In this document: in pieces, positions 1 through 8,986 of the stretch
How the letters are laid out: every line of letters starts with the position of its first letter
How positions within the stretch are numbered: position 1 is the stretch's first letter
Origin: an uncultured delta proteobacterium
GTDB taxonomy: Bacteria > Desulfobacterota > Binatia > UBA9968
Length of the DNA stretch: 64,000 nucleotides
NCBI GenBank assembly: GCA_963771465.1
Contig: CAVYTU010000015.1
Coordinates: forward strand, 1,120,001 to 1,184,000
Direction: 5' to 3'
Made by a program: the position numbers and the translations under genes
The notes under the pieces: model-generated
Databases searched by the model: none
Seen by the model: only the letters and a program-made list of their open reading frames with translations
Told to the model about the DNA's origin: nothing

Positions 1-1
1 A

Positions 2-427
2 CGCGTCTTCGGCCAGCCGTTTGAACAGATGTTGGCTTTGGGCAGTTTCTGCGGCGGCGGTGTGTTGGCGCGCCACCCGAAGCTTCGCGTCGCGTTCTTA
101 GAAGCCAACTGTAGTTGGCTGCCTTGGCTTTTATGGCGTTTAGATGAAGGTTGGGAGCGCGAAGGCGATGTCTGGGCTAAAGATCTGACAATGAAACCGA
201 GCGATTATTTCAAACGTCAGTGCGTCGTGTCTGTGGAACCGGATGAAGCGACGATCAAACAGGTCATTGAATACATGGGCGGCAACAATGTGGTCTTTTC
301 AACCGACTATCCGCACGGCGATTCGAAATATCCCGAAGCGGTCAATAGCTTTTTCAACTTGCCGATTACGGACGAGAACAAGCGCAAAATTCTTTGGGAC
401 AACTGCGCGAACTATTACGCCATGTAA
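2..427 (+). CDS. Amidohydrolase_2 family protein, C-terminal part (5' truncated by window edge)
   Basis: FLEANCSWLPW, FSTDYPH and KILWDNCANYY motifs; similar to paralogues at 10672 and 14810. Confidence 0.85.
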   Translation, partial: RVFGQPFEQMLALGSFCGGGVLARHPKLRVAFLEANCSWLPWLLWRLDEGWEREGDVWAKDLTMKPSDYFKRQCVVSVEPDEATIKQVIEYMGGNNVVFSTDYPHGDSKYPEAVNSFFNLPITDENKRKILWDNCANYYAM

Positions 428-448
428 ATCGCTGCCACGAAATAAGCG

Positions 449-489
449 CGCCACTCCGGCTTGGGGATATGGCCGGAGTGGCGTGTTTT
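449..489. terminator. Hairpin/bidirectional intrinsic terminator between convergent genes
   Basis: CGCCACTCCGGC (449-460) pairs with GCCGGAGTGGCG (472-483), followed by TGTTTT. Confidence 0.65.
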
Positions 490-494
490 ACGAG

Positions 495-605
495 TTATCG
501 AGAATAGTAGCCGTCTCCGTAGTTATTGCGGTGGTGCCGCCAGTGGCAGCCAGATGCCGAGACAACTGCCAATGCCAGGAGAGCCAGCAGTGCAATGGTT
601 TTCAT
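495..605 (-). CDS. Small putative lipoprotein, 36 aa (MKTIALLALLALAVVSASGCHWRHHRNNYGDGYYSR), not in ORF track
   Basis: AAGGAGG RBS just upstream of ATG; basic N-terminus, hydrophobic core, lipobox-like ASGC; stop adjacent to terminator. Confidence 0.7.
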   Translation of the reverse strand: MKTIALLALLALAVVSASGCHWRHHRNNYGDGYYSR

Positions 606-685
606 AATCCCTCCTTTCTACACAGTAATGGCTGCCGCTAAGATCGGCAGCCATCGAGTTTTAACCCGTTGATCGTTCTGTAACT

Positions 686-714
686 TTAGACGCTTGCCAA
701 GGTAGTTTGTGTCA
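686..714 (-). promoter_or_regulatory. ECF-type promoter TGACAC-N16-CGTCTAA
   Basis: Same CGTCTAA element and 16-nt spacer as the two motifs upstream of the ECF sigma gene. Confidence 0.55.
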
Positions 715-957
715 CTTGGGATCAACAATATTTCCTCGCTCAGCGGCAGAAATTTATGTAGTGAACGGTGTGGAGAGAACCAAGTTTGGTCCACTTTCAC
801 GTGCAAAAGTAAACGCAATGGGAGTAACGATTATTGGATTTCGGCACGCAGAACTGGGAGCGTCGGAATTCTTATCGATTTATTGATCTCGACACAGAAA
901 CAGTGAGATTTGCACCAAGCGACACCCTACGATTTAGCAATCCATATGGTAGCTCGT

Positions 958-1230
958 TTAGTCGTCGCGCCGGTTATTGCGTCGCTGATCGTCGTAGCGC
1001 TGCTTGAGACGGTCGCGCCGATCCTGAGGCAAACGTTGATAGCGGTTCCACTCTTCGCGTAGATGTTCTTTGTCCTGCGGCGGGAGTTTTTCCCAGCGCT
1101 GATAATTGCGGATAACCTTGTCTTTCTCTCTTGGGCTAAGGTTACGCCAGTTATCGTTTGCGGCCATAGCCGGTGGCGTCAACCACAACAGACATCCACA
1201 GATCAGTACTGCGATTACGTTTGTCTTCAT
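958..1230 (-). CDS. Secreted helical protein, DUF3106-like
   Basis: Signal peptide; repeated W/Y-x-x-L-[SP]-P (WRNLSP, WEKLPP, YQRLPQ); directly downstream of anti-sigma gene. Confidence 0.7.
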   Translation of the reverse strand: MKTNVIAVLICGCLLWLTPPAMAANDNWRNLSPREKDKVIRNYQRWEKLPPQDKEHLREEWNRYQRLPQDRRDRLKQRYDDQRRNNRRDD

Positions 1231-1247
1231 ATCAATTCATTACGTCA

Positions 1248-1802
1248 TTACGCGCTCGCCGGCGCGTTTTGCCGGTTCATAAGTTTACTCGTCTTGGCTT
1301 CAGGTTTGTTGCTATCCTGGTCATCGAGCTTGTCGAGCGATTCAAGCATATCGAGGGATTGAAAAAACTCCAACTGATTCGAGTCTGCTAGGACGTCCTG
1401 GGGAATATTGACAGGATTCGAATCGGTAGAGATGTTGACTTTGCCCAACAGCAGTGTAACCGCCAGAACCCCCACAGCAGCCGTACCAAACGCCGGCACC
1501 ATCCATGTTTTCATCGGCGCGAGCCAGGTGCGCCACCAATGTTTCCGCTCGTCCTGCTCGGCAAGCTTAGCGACGGTTTCGCGGTAGTAATTATCCCAAA
1601 AAGTCTGCGGCAGCTTTTGCTGCTCAGCCATGGGCGGCAGCACGCGATAGAGATCGTCGACGAAGCTCTGACAGCCATGGCAAATCGACAGATGCTGCTC
1701 AACACGCCGGCGCTCGACACTGTTATTTTCCCCATAGTAGTGGAGCACGAGATCTTCTTCGAAGGTCTTACAAGCATTGTCCAACGGTAACCCATTTTTC
1801 AT
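1248..1802 (-). CDS. Zinc-finger (zf-HC2/ZAS) anti-sigma factor
   Basis: HLSICHGC (HxxxCxxC), single TM helix, adjacent to ECF sigma. Confidence 0.85.
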   Translation of the reverse strand: MKNGLPLDNACKTFEEDLVLHYYGENNSVERRRVEQHLSICHGCQSFVDDLYRVLPPMAEQQKLPQTFWDNYYRETVAKLAEQDERKHWWRTWLAPMKTWMVPAFGTAAVGVLAVTLLLGKVNISTDSNPVNIPQDVLADSNQLEFFQSLDMLESLDKLDDQDSNKPEAKTSKLMNRQNAPASA

Positions 1803-1812
1803 AATCGATCTC

Positions 1813-2388
1813 CTACACGAACTCCACCAGACTCTGACGCAGCGCGGCGACCGCCCGGTGCAAATAGACGCGCACGGTTCCTTCGGTAGTCTTCATGACC
1901 TTGGCGATATCTGCAATCGATAAGCCCTGATCGTTTCTTAGCATAAACGCCGTGCGTTGTTTATTCGGCATAGCTTCCAACGCTTCGCCAGCACGCCGGG
2001 ACGCCTCGCCGGCGATCGCTTCCTGATCCGGCTGCGATCGGGTATCGGCAAATTGCCGTTCGGCACCGGGAACTTCGCTCAGGCTGTCTAATGATTCCCA
2101 AGCCACTTTGCTGTGATGGCGTGCGTGGTCGAGACAAAGATTAACCAAGATGCGATAAAACCAAGTATAAAAACTCGACCGGCCATCAAACTGTTTAATC
2201 CGTGCGAAAGCCCGCAAAAAAGCGTCCTGAGATAAATCTTTGGCGCTCTCGGTTTCCCGTGTAAACCCGAAGGCGATATGAAACGCCTTTTGCATATATC
2301 GCTGCACCAACGGCTCAAAGTACTGACTCTGGCCGTGCTGGCAGAAACTTACCAACTCTTCGTCGCGGAGACCTTCGCTCTCAACCAT
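1813..2388 (-). CDS. ECF RNA polymerase sigma-70 factor
   Basis: DLSQDAFLRAF and SSFYTWFYRI (region 2); SIADIAKVMKTTEGTVRVYLHRA (region 4). Confidence 0.93.
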   Translation of the reverse strand: MVESEGLRDEELVSFCQHGQSQYFEPLVQRYMQKAFHIAFGFTRETESAKDLSQDAFLRAFARIKQFDGRSSFYTWFYRILVNLCLDHARHHSKVAWESLDSLSEVPGAERQFADTRSQPDQEAIAGEASRRAGEALEAMPNKQRTAFMLRNDQGLSIADIAKVMKTTEGTVRVYLHRAVAALRQSLVEFV

Positions 2389-2396
2389 AATGCTTG

Positions 2397-2459
2397 TTAG
2401 ACGCCAACAGCTGCGATCCGCTTTAATTGATTAGACGCCCGAAACGGGCAAAGGTTAAC
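2397..2459 (-). promoter_or_regulatory. Two tandem ECF-type promoter motifs (GTTAAC-N16-CGTCTAA, 2431-2459; TAAAGC-N16-CGTCTAA, 2397-2425)
   Basis: TTAGACG occurs at 2397 and 2431 directly upstream of the sigma gene; AAC...CGT is a typical ECF promoter pattern. Confidence 0.6.
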
Positions 2460-2568
2460 CGCTCGGACCGGTTTTGCCGGTTCCGGCTAAGGGGTTTGAA
2501 TCTTAGGAGAATCCTGCTGCGAGAGACGATCGGCGTGGGGCCAATCGACGACGGAAATTGGCGGCTGG

Positions 2569-3000
2569 CTAACGGCCGGTCACCAAGCCAATTACGTCTT
2601 CGATGATATCGAGAATCCGATTGGTGCGCCGGTCGATGAGAACAATATCGCGCTCCAAAATGACCCGTTCGTAATATTCCGGCAAACGCGGGAGCCGACG
2701 ATCCAAGTCGACTGGCAACGGCTCCAAGCGCTTTTGTAAACCGGGTGGCAGCTTGCCGTCGCGATCGAGCTTTTTCTGCAAACCCGGCGGCAGATTGCCG
2801 CCGCGTTTCGCTAAGCCCGGCGGCAAACCTTTCTGCTTCGCTTTCTTTCCCTGGTGATAGAAATCTTCGATGATGCGACGTTCATCCGAGGAAAAGCGCT
2901 CCGGCCGCTTATTGTCCAGCGCCGCCGCAGACCCGCCATTCAAAGCCGATAGAGCGGTGCAGATCGATATTCCAAGAAAAATCCGTCGCTGTTTATTCAC
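2569..3000 (-). CDS. Exported PPGLxK-repeat protein (RcnB-like C-terminus)
   Basis: GTG start after AGGAGA; QRRIFL Tat-like signal; PPGLAK/PPGLQK/PPGLQK. Confidence 0.7.
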   Translation of the reverse strand: MNKQRRIFLGISICTALSALNGGSAAALDNKRPERFSSDERRIIEDFYHQGKKAKQKGLPPGLAKRGGNLPPGLQKKLDRDGKLPPGLQKRLEPLPVDLDRRLPRLPEYYERVILERDIVLIDRRTNRILDIIEDVIGLVTGR

Positions 3001-3031
3001 TGAAATTCTCCTATCGTAAACCAACCATAGC

Positions 3032-3952
3032 TTATTTGCTGTGACCTTTGCCGTTGGTCAAGCCGTTGCTGCCGGCACCCCTGGCCGAAACAATCCCGCT
3101 GGTCGAAGCCGCGGCACCGCCGCCGCCGCTGACAATCCCGCTTTGTTGCATGCCATGGCTGTTGCCATGATCCTTGCCGGAAGCGCTGACGATTCCGTCG
3201 CCCGAGCCTTTTCCACTAGAGATTCCATGATCCGCGTTACCGTGCGATTTGCCGCTGCCGGATATAATGGCCGAACCGGATGATTTACCCGCCGAACCGC
3301 TTGTCGTTGTAACTTTGTTACCTTTAGACGACAGAGCTGCGGTCGTTATGCTCTGATTGGCGCTTTTCATGCCGCTCATGACCGGACCGAGCTTGTAGCC
3401 GAGTTTCTGCGCGATTTGGCCCCAGCCCATGTTTTGGCTGCGGAGCGTGAGTATTCCATCTAACTGGGTCGACGTCGTCACTGCGGTTGCTCCGGTGCCG
3501 GTCGTCTGTGTGATCGTGCCGCCGGTCAACGCCGCCTGTAGTTGTTGCGGCGTCGGTTGGGTAATGCCTAGACTGCTCAATTGCTGCTTGGCCAGCGCCA
3601 GCGAGATGTAGACGTTGCCGTGGCCCATATGGCCGGTCGGCGGTGTGATCACCGTTGCCGTCGTCGTAGTTGTCGGCAAGCCGCCCGGCGTAGTGCTCGG
3701 TACGGTGGTTGTGCGTGTCAATGTAATCGGAGTTCCGTTTCTGAGACCGGTGACGACCGTGGTGCTATCGGAGCCAAGAAAAGTATTGAAGTCGCCGGCG
3801 ATCTTGCCGGTGACCTTAGTTTCGCCATTGCTGGTCGCCAGGTTATTCATCGTCGTCGCCTGAGTGTTCAAGTCGCTGGTCAAATCCGCCCGCCCCAAGG
3901 CTGCCGTTCCCAAAACCATACCGACAGTCAATACCATTGCATGAGTCTTCAT
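3032..3952 (-). CDS. Secreted Thr/Gly/Ser-rich hypothetical protein
   Basis: GAGGAGG RBS, signal peptide, MGHGNV and MGWGQIA motifs, low-complexity G/S/H tail. Confidence 0.7.
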   Translation of the reverse strand: MKTHAMVLTVGMVLGTAALGRADLTSDLNTQATTMNNLATSNGETKVTGKIAGDFNTFLGSDSTTVVTGLRNGTPITLTRTTTVPSTTPGGLPTTTTTATVITPPTGHMGHGNVYISLALAKQQLSSLGITQPTPQQLQAALTGGTITQTTGTGATAVTTSTQLDGILTLRSQNMGWGQIAQKLGYKLGPVMSGMKSANQSITTAALSSKGNKVTTTSGSAGKSSGSAIISGSGKSHGNADHGISSGKGSGDGIVSASGKDHGNSHGMQQSGIVSGGGGAAASTSGIVSARGAGSNGLTNGKGHSK

Positions 3953-3978
3953 ATCGTTACCTCCTCGCAATCGAATTT

Positions 3979-4425
3979 TTAGCTTAGGCCCAAAACTTTC
4001 TCGGTCTGAATAATGATTTCCGTTGCAGTCGCCCGGTCTTTGAAAAAGATTCCTTGTTTCGCCACAGTCCGGATGCGCGTGGTTTTTGCGCTCACCATCT
4101 CCAGCTCAATCTCAATCTCGCGATCATTGGAAGTTGCCCGTATCGCTTTCCCCTGCTCGCTCTTCGCCGTGGAATCGACTTTGATACCCATGCGGTCGAG
4201 CGCAGTTCGAGTCGCGTTTTCTACCTGCGGCAGAGATGCCGTGAAGGTTCTGTAAGCAATGCCATCTAGGGTATAGGCCACTGAAGTGCCGGTGGCGACT
4301 CCCGCGCCAACACCGAAAAGCGTCATGCCCACGCCAACGCAACCGTTAAGCCACAGTGTTACGACTAGACTTAATGCGAGTAATCGAGTTTTTTGTTTCA
4401 CCATATGGCAGGTAGCCATAGGCAA
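3979..4425 (-). CDS. Lipoprotein, DUF3568-like (start may be ~4404)
   Basis: LNGC lipobox then Gly-rich hydrophobic segment and small alpha/beta domain. Confidence 0.65.
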   Translation of the reverse strand: MPMATCHMVKQKTRLLALSLVVTLWLNGCVGVGMTLFGVGAGVATGTSVAYTLDGIAYRTFTASLPQVENATRTALDRMGIKVDSTAKSEQGKAIRATSNDREIEIELEMVSAKTTRIRTVAKQGIFFKDRATATEIIIQTEKVLGLS

Positions 4426-4476
4426 TTAGCGAGCCAGCGAGCGCCGACGACCATTTCGCGGAACAGTACGCAGTTC

Positions 4477-4516
4477 TTGTCGATGGGACGGATTGCAATC
4501 CCCATCCCGCCGACAA
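4477..4516. terminator. Imperfect hairpin with perfect core palindrome GGATTGCAATCC (terminator of the F420 operon or an operator)
   Basis: TTGTCG...GGATTGCAATCC...CGACAA. Confidence 0.4.
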
Positions 4517-4573
4517 AAATGTTGAGCTGGCGGTAATTTCTACCTGGGAAAGATCAGCTTAAGCATGGCACGA

Positions 4574-5227
4574 CTAGTGGGGGGCGATGCCGGTGATCTT
4601 GATGCTGCCATGCTTGGACTTGTATTTGCGGTTGAGCGCGATGATCACACCGGTCAAGCCTTCGATCACATAGGCATTGCTCGCCGGACCACCGTCATAG
4701 GCCGTCGCGCCAATGCGGGCGATGATCTCCATCACTTTCTGCTTCGCCTCGGCGTTGTCGCCGCATACCAGCACGTCGCCGAGCGGCGCATCGACATCGC
4801 CCAAATCGACCGCGGAAATATTATGCAAGGCGCCGATCACCGGCGCTTCGTCGCCGATAATCTGCTGCGCTTCCTGAAGCGCCGAGCCGGCGGGCGGCAC
4901 AAACGGTTTGATTTTATTCAACGGCACCACGGTGTCGATGACGATCTTGCCGGCTAGTTGGCCTTTCAAATCCTGCACCATCTGCGCTTGGCCTTCGTAG
5001 GGCACGGCGATAACGACGAAGTTGGCGTCTTTCACCGCTTCCCGGTTGGTTGTGCCGATCATCTCGCCGGCGCGAAGACTCGGTTTCAAACTCTCCACCA
5101 CCTTCTTGGCCTTTTCCGCGTCGCGCGAGCCGATGATAATTTTTACTCCTGGGGCACCGAGACGGAGCGCTAAGGCGCTGCCCAAGTTTCCCGTGCCGCC
5201 GACGATAGCTACAGCCAAGTTTTCCAT
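4574..5227 (-). CDS. npdG: NADPH-dependent F420 reductase (F420H2:NADP+ oxidoreductase)
   Basis: GGTGNLG Rossmann motif, IGSR, AVPY, DTVVPL, GALHNISA; in cof operon. Confidence 0.9.
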   Translation of the reverse strand: MENLAVAIVGGTGNLGSALALRLGAPGVKIIIGSRDAEKAKKVVESLKPSLRAGEMIGTTNREAVKDANFVVIAVPYEGQAQMVQDLKGQLAGKIVIDTVVPLNKIKPFVPPAGSALQEAQQIIGDEAPVIGALHNISAVDLGDVDAPLGDVLVCGDNAEAKQKVMEIIARIGATAYDGGPASNAYVIEGLTGVIIALNRKYKSKHGSIKITGIAPH

Positions 5228-5239
5228 TTCATATTCGAT

Positions 5240-5992
5240 CTAGCGAAAAAGATCTTCCGCCTCGGGGCGCAAAAGCTCTTGCACTGATCCGTCCTCCTTT
5301 TTCTCTAATTGATATCCGCGCACGATCACGACGGGAACGCCGTCGCGCTTGCCCATGACCAACTCCGCCGCGGACGCGATCTCATCGGCGACCGCCGCCA
5401 CCGCAGCTTTCAATTGGTAGCCATGGCGATCCTTCAATCCGCGCTCGTCTTTAATCGGTTTCATGCCAGCCACACCCACTGCCACGTCCGCCGTGCCCAC
5501 ACGCCACGCCCGGCCGAAGCTGTCGCTGATGATCACACCGACGGATTTTCCCGTGCGGGTTTGAATTTCGCGGCGAATTTCCCGAGCCGAATGATCGGCA
5601 TCTTTCGGCAGCAACGCGACTTGTCCGAGACCGACATTGGACTGATCGACGCCGGCATTGGCGCAAACAAAACCCTGATGAGTTTCGACAATCAATGCAC
5701 GGCCGCCGCTACGAATCACTCTACGGCTCTCGCCGAGAATCACTTCGACCAGTTCAGCTTCCTTGGCCAATTCCCGAGCTAACTGGCGCGCTCGCTCGCT
5801 CGGTTTCACTCCGGCCAGCCGCACCATTCGGCCTTCGGCTTTGGAGATCACTTTCTGCGCCACCACCAACACATCATCATCCATCAACTCCATCCCTTGA
5901 CGCGCGCAGCCATCGCAGATTAGCGCGCCGATGGAGTCGCCGCTGTCAATCTCAGCGATTCCTTCGAGGCCAAATAGCTCCAGCCGTTTCAT
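5240..5992 (-). CDS. cofE: Coenzyme F420-0:L-glutamate ligase
   Basis: QKVISKAEGR, ANAGVDQSN, SDSFGRAWR; ATG overlaps cofC stop (ATGA). Confidence 0.93.
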   Translation of the reverse strand: MKRLELFGLEGIAEIDSGDSIGALICDGCARQGMELMDDDVLVVAQKVISKAEGRMVRLAGVKPSERARQLARELAKEAELVEVILGESRRVIRSGGRALIVETHQGFVCANAGVDQSNVGLGQVALLPKDADHSAREIRREIQTRTGKSVGVIISDSFGRAWRVGTADVAVGVAGMKPIKDERGLKDRHGYQLKAAVAAVADEIASAAELVMGKRDGVPVVIVRGYQLEKKEDGSVQELLRPEAEDLFR

Positions 5993-6678
5993 AAACCACC
6001 GGAACCGCGGCTCAACTCTGCGCCTTGTCGGCCCAAAAGCTCGCGCGCGACACGCGTCGAATCGCCGCCGGCGCAATCGTAGGAAAGGAACCGCTCAAGG
6101 TCCGCAGGCTCATCAATATCCAGCGCGATATGCTCATTTTCAAAGTAGCGCTGCGGCAGACCACTCTCGGTCACTTGCGCCGAATGAAAAGTGAAGCTGT
6201 CGTAACCGAAGCGTAGTTGAATCACATCCGGCGGCGCCAACAGCAAAGCGTTGGTTCCCAAGCGGTCATGAGAGGGCACGAGTAAAGCGAATGGCGCGCT
6301 CGCTCCGGGTGGAACTTGCGCGAGAACCTGTTCCACGTCGGTCGCGCTCGCCAACGGCATATCGCCGGGCAGAATCAGCACCGCTTCGCAACCCGCTTGC
6401 TTAAGCTCAAGCCGCGCGAAGTCGACCGCGCTGGTTTCTCCATTCTCGGCGCGCTCGCGCATCACTTCGGCACCGGCTGATGCAGCGATCGCAGCGACCC
6501 TATCGTCACCGGTGACGACAAACGTCGCGGTCAGTCCGCGCGCCAAGCGCACTTGGCGCAAAATATCGCGGAACATGGTTTCCGCCAATAACTCCCGCGC
6601 CGCGCTGCCCAACATCGGGCTAAGGCGTTGCTTGGCATTGCGAAATCCTTTTACAGGCATTAGTGCGGTGACGTTCAT
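5989..6678 (-). CDS. cofC: 2-phospho-L-lactate/PEP guanylyltransferase
   Basis: PVKGFRNAKQRL, PGDMPL, GTNALL, FGYDSF, LDIDEPADL. Confidence 0.92.
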   Translation of the reverse strand: MNVTALMPVKGFRNAKQRLSPMLGSAARELLAETMFRDILRQVRLARGLTATFVVTGDDRVAAIAASAGAEVMRERAENGETSAVDFARLELKQAGCEAVLILPGDMPLASATDVEQVLAQVPPGASAPFALLVPSHDRLGTNALLLAPPDVIQLRFGYDSFTFHSAQVTESGLPQRYFENEHIALDIDEPADLERFLSYDCAGGDSTRVARELLGRQGAELSRGSGGL

Positions 6679-6704
6679 GGCAAACCAGAAAGAATTTTTT
6701 TAGA

Positions 6705-7631
6705 CTATTTTCGCGCCAAGGCCAAGACCTCGCGCGCCAGCCGGCGCTTGTGAGCGAGATCGGGCATGCGAATGTCGGCAGTCACGGCACGAATCTTGAG
6801 TTGTTGAATCTCCGAAATCAGCTGTCGATCTTCGTCGGCAATGATCAACGTGTCGAGAAAATCGCGGTAACACTCGGCCACACCGCGTGCAGAAGCTTTG
6901 ACACCGCTAGCACTCATCAGCTTATGTGCCGGACCCGAGATTGCCGATCCACCGATAGTTGGGCTGACGCCGACAATCGCTGCGGCACTTTTGGCTAATG
7001 CTGAGCGCATTCCGGGAACGGCGAGAATCGGACCGATACTAGTGATCGGATTGCTCGGGCAAACGACGATCGCTTGGGCGTTAAGGATCGCGGTAATCAC
7101 ACCAGGCGCCGGTTGGCTATTCTCAGCGCCGGCGAAACGAACCGCGCTCACTTCCCGCGACCAACGCTCTTTGACAAAATATTCCTGGAAAGAAATCTCT
7201 CCCTGCGCCGTCGTCACGCAGGTTTCAACGCGGTCATCGGACATGGGTAAAATTGTCGATTGAACGCCGAGCACGCGGCGCATCCGCTCGGTGATCGCGC
7301 TCAGTTTGCCACCTTCCTTCAGCAACCGCGTGCGCGTAATATGCGTCGCCAAATCTTTATCGCCGAGATTGAACCACGCCTCGTTACCCAGTCGGCGCAG
7401 TTGCTCCAGTACGGCGAACGTATCACCGGCGATGCCCCAACCTTTGCCTGGATCGCTCAAGCCGGCAAGTGTGTAAGTAATCGTGTCGATGTCCGGCGAA
7501 ACGTAAAGTCCGTGCACGATCGCGTCGTCGCCGGTGTTGCAGATCACCGTCAGTTCAGCGGGATCGATTTCGGCGGCCAATCCTTCAACCAGCTTCGCCC
7601 CGCCGGTGCCGCCGCTAAGTGCGACGATCAT
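6705..7631 (-). CDS. cofD: 2-phospho-L-lactate transferase (LPPG:FO)
   Basis: LSGGTGGAKL, NTGDD, SPDIDT, FQEYFV, PSNPITSIGPIL. Confidence 0.93.
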   Translation of the reverse strand: MIVALSGGTGGAKLVEGLAAEIDPAELTVICNTGDDAIVHGLYVSPDIDTITYTLAGLSDPGKGWGIAGDTFAVLEQLRRLGNEAWFNLGDKDLATHITRTRLLKEGGKLSAITERMRRVLGVQSTILPMSDDRVETCVTTAQGEISFQEYFVKERWSREVSAVRFAGAENSQPAPGVITAILNAQAIVVCPSNPITSIGPILAVPGMRSALAKSAAAIVGVSPTIGGSAISGPAHKLMSASGVKASARGVAECYRDFLDTLIIADEDRQLISEIQQLKIRAVTADIRMPDLAHKRRLAREVLALARK

Positions 7632-8893
7632 GAAGTGAATTCCGCGGTCAATGAAGTGTTAGCGTGATCGGGTGAAGAAAAATTGCCCAGCGGACCGTTG
7701 TGCTTGACTAGCCCATCAGCGCCGCAAAGCGATTCAACAAGTGGTAACAACGCCGGCGCCAGGAATTTGTCGCCTTGATGAACGTATTCAGGATACACCG
7801 GCAGGCGCGCCCTAAGTTCGAAACCCGCTTTGGCGCTTTTTTGTTGTAAGATTTGTAATGCCGGCCACGGCGCTTCGGGGTTGATGAAGTCGGGCGTCAG
7901 CGGCGACACGCCGCCCCAGTCGTTAATCCCCGCGTCCAAATATAATTCATAGCCGTCCGGCGTCAGATTGGGCGGCGCTTGGATATTCATCGCGCCGCCG
8001 AGAATCAAACGCGCCAATGCGATCGTCTTCACCATGTCGTCTTTGCTCGCATGCGGATGCGACCGCATGGGGATCGTCGGCTTGGCGCGAAAGTTTTGCA
8101 CGATCACTTCTTGAATATGGCCGTAGCGCTGATGTAAATCGCGAATCGTCACCAGCGAGTCGATTCTCTCCTGCCAGTTCTCACCGATACCGATAAGGAT
8201 TCCGGTGGTGAACGGAATGTGCAATTCGCCGGCCAGCTGCAACGTTCGCAGCCGCGCCGCCGGCTTTTTGTCCGGCGCGTGGTTGTGCGCAGCGCCAGGC
8301 AAAAGCAAACGTTCGCTGACGCTTTCGAGCATCAGCCCCATGCTGGGGTTGAATTCTTTCAAGCGTTGCAAGTCGCTCCGGCCCATGACGCCAGGATTGG
8401 CGTGCGGCAGGAGCGCGGTTTCTTCCACGACGACGCGGCATGCTTCGAGCAGATAATCGAGGGTGCGCTGGTGGCCGCGCTCGGCCAAGAACTGTTTCAT
8501 CTCGGGGTAAATCGCTTCCGGCTTGTCGCCGAGGCTAAAAAGCACTTCCGTACAGCCGAGCGCTTTGCCTTGGCGCACCACGCGCAAAACTTCATCGAGG
8601 GTCATCGATTTGGCGCCCGGTTCATCCGGCGCCTTACGGAAAGTGCAGTAACCGCAGAAATCGCGGCACAGATTGGTCAACGGCACGAAAATCTTGGGCG
8701 AAAACGTGACCACCCGCCCTTTGTGCCGATCGCGGACCTCAGCGGCAAGCGAAAGCAACGAACCAAGTTGGTCGCCTTCAGCGTCAACCAGCGTAAGCGC
8801 GTCGCTGCGGCTCAGCGACTTTCCCTCACGACATGCGTTGAGTATCGCGTGCATCACCCTTGATTGAATATCGGATCGGTCCTGATCGGTCAA
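7628..8893 (-). CDS. cofG: FO synthase subunit CofG, radical SAM (start may be ~8854)
   Basis: LTNLCRDFCGYC, LPHANPG, PFTTGILIGIGE, QAPPNL, NDWGGVSP. Confidence 0.92.
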   Translation of the reverse strand: MTDQDRSDIQSRVMHAILNACREGKSLSRSDALTLVDAEGDQLGSLLSLAAEVRDRHKGRVVTFSPKIFVPLTNLCRDFCGYCTFRKAPDEPGAKSMTLDEVLRVVRQGKALGCTEVLFSLGDKPEAIYPEMKQFLAERGHQRTLDYLLEACRVVVEETALLPHANPGVMGRSDLQRLKEFNPSMGLMLESVSERLLLPGAAHNHAPDKKPAARLRTLQLAGELHIPFTTGILIGIGENWQERIDSLVTIRDLHQRYGHIQEVIVQNFRAKPTIPMRSHPHASKDDMVKTIALARLILGGAMNIQAPPNLTPDGYELYLDAGINDWGGVSPLTPDFINPEAPWPALQILQQKSAKAGFELRARLPVYPEYVHQGDKFLAPALLPLVESLCGADGLVKHNGPLGNFSSPDHANTSLTAEFTS

Positions 8894-8986
8894 TCAGCGG
8901 AATGCCCGGTCTTACGCTTGACAGCAGCACAGCCCATACCTATGCTCGGCGACAATCGAGTCAAAACAGCGCCGACGATTCATTTA

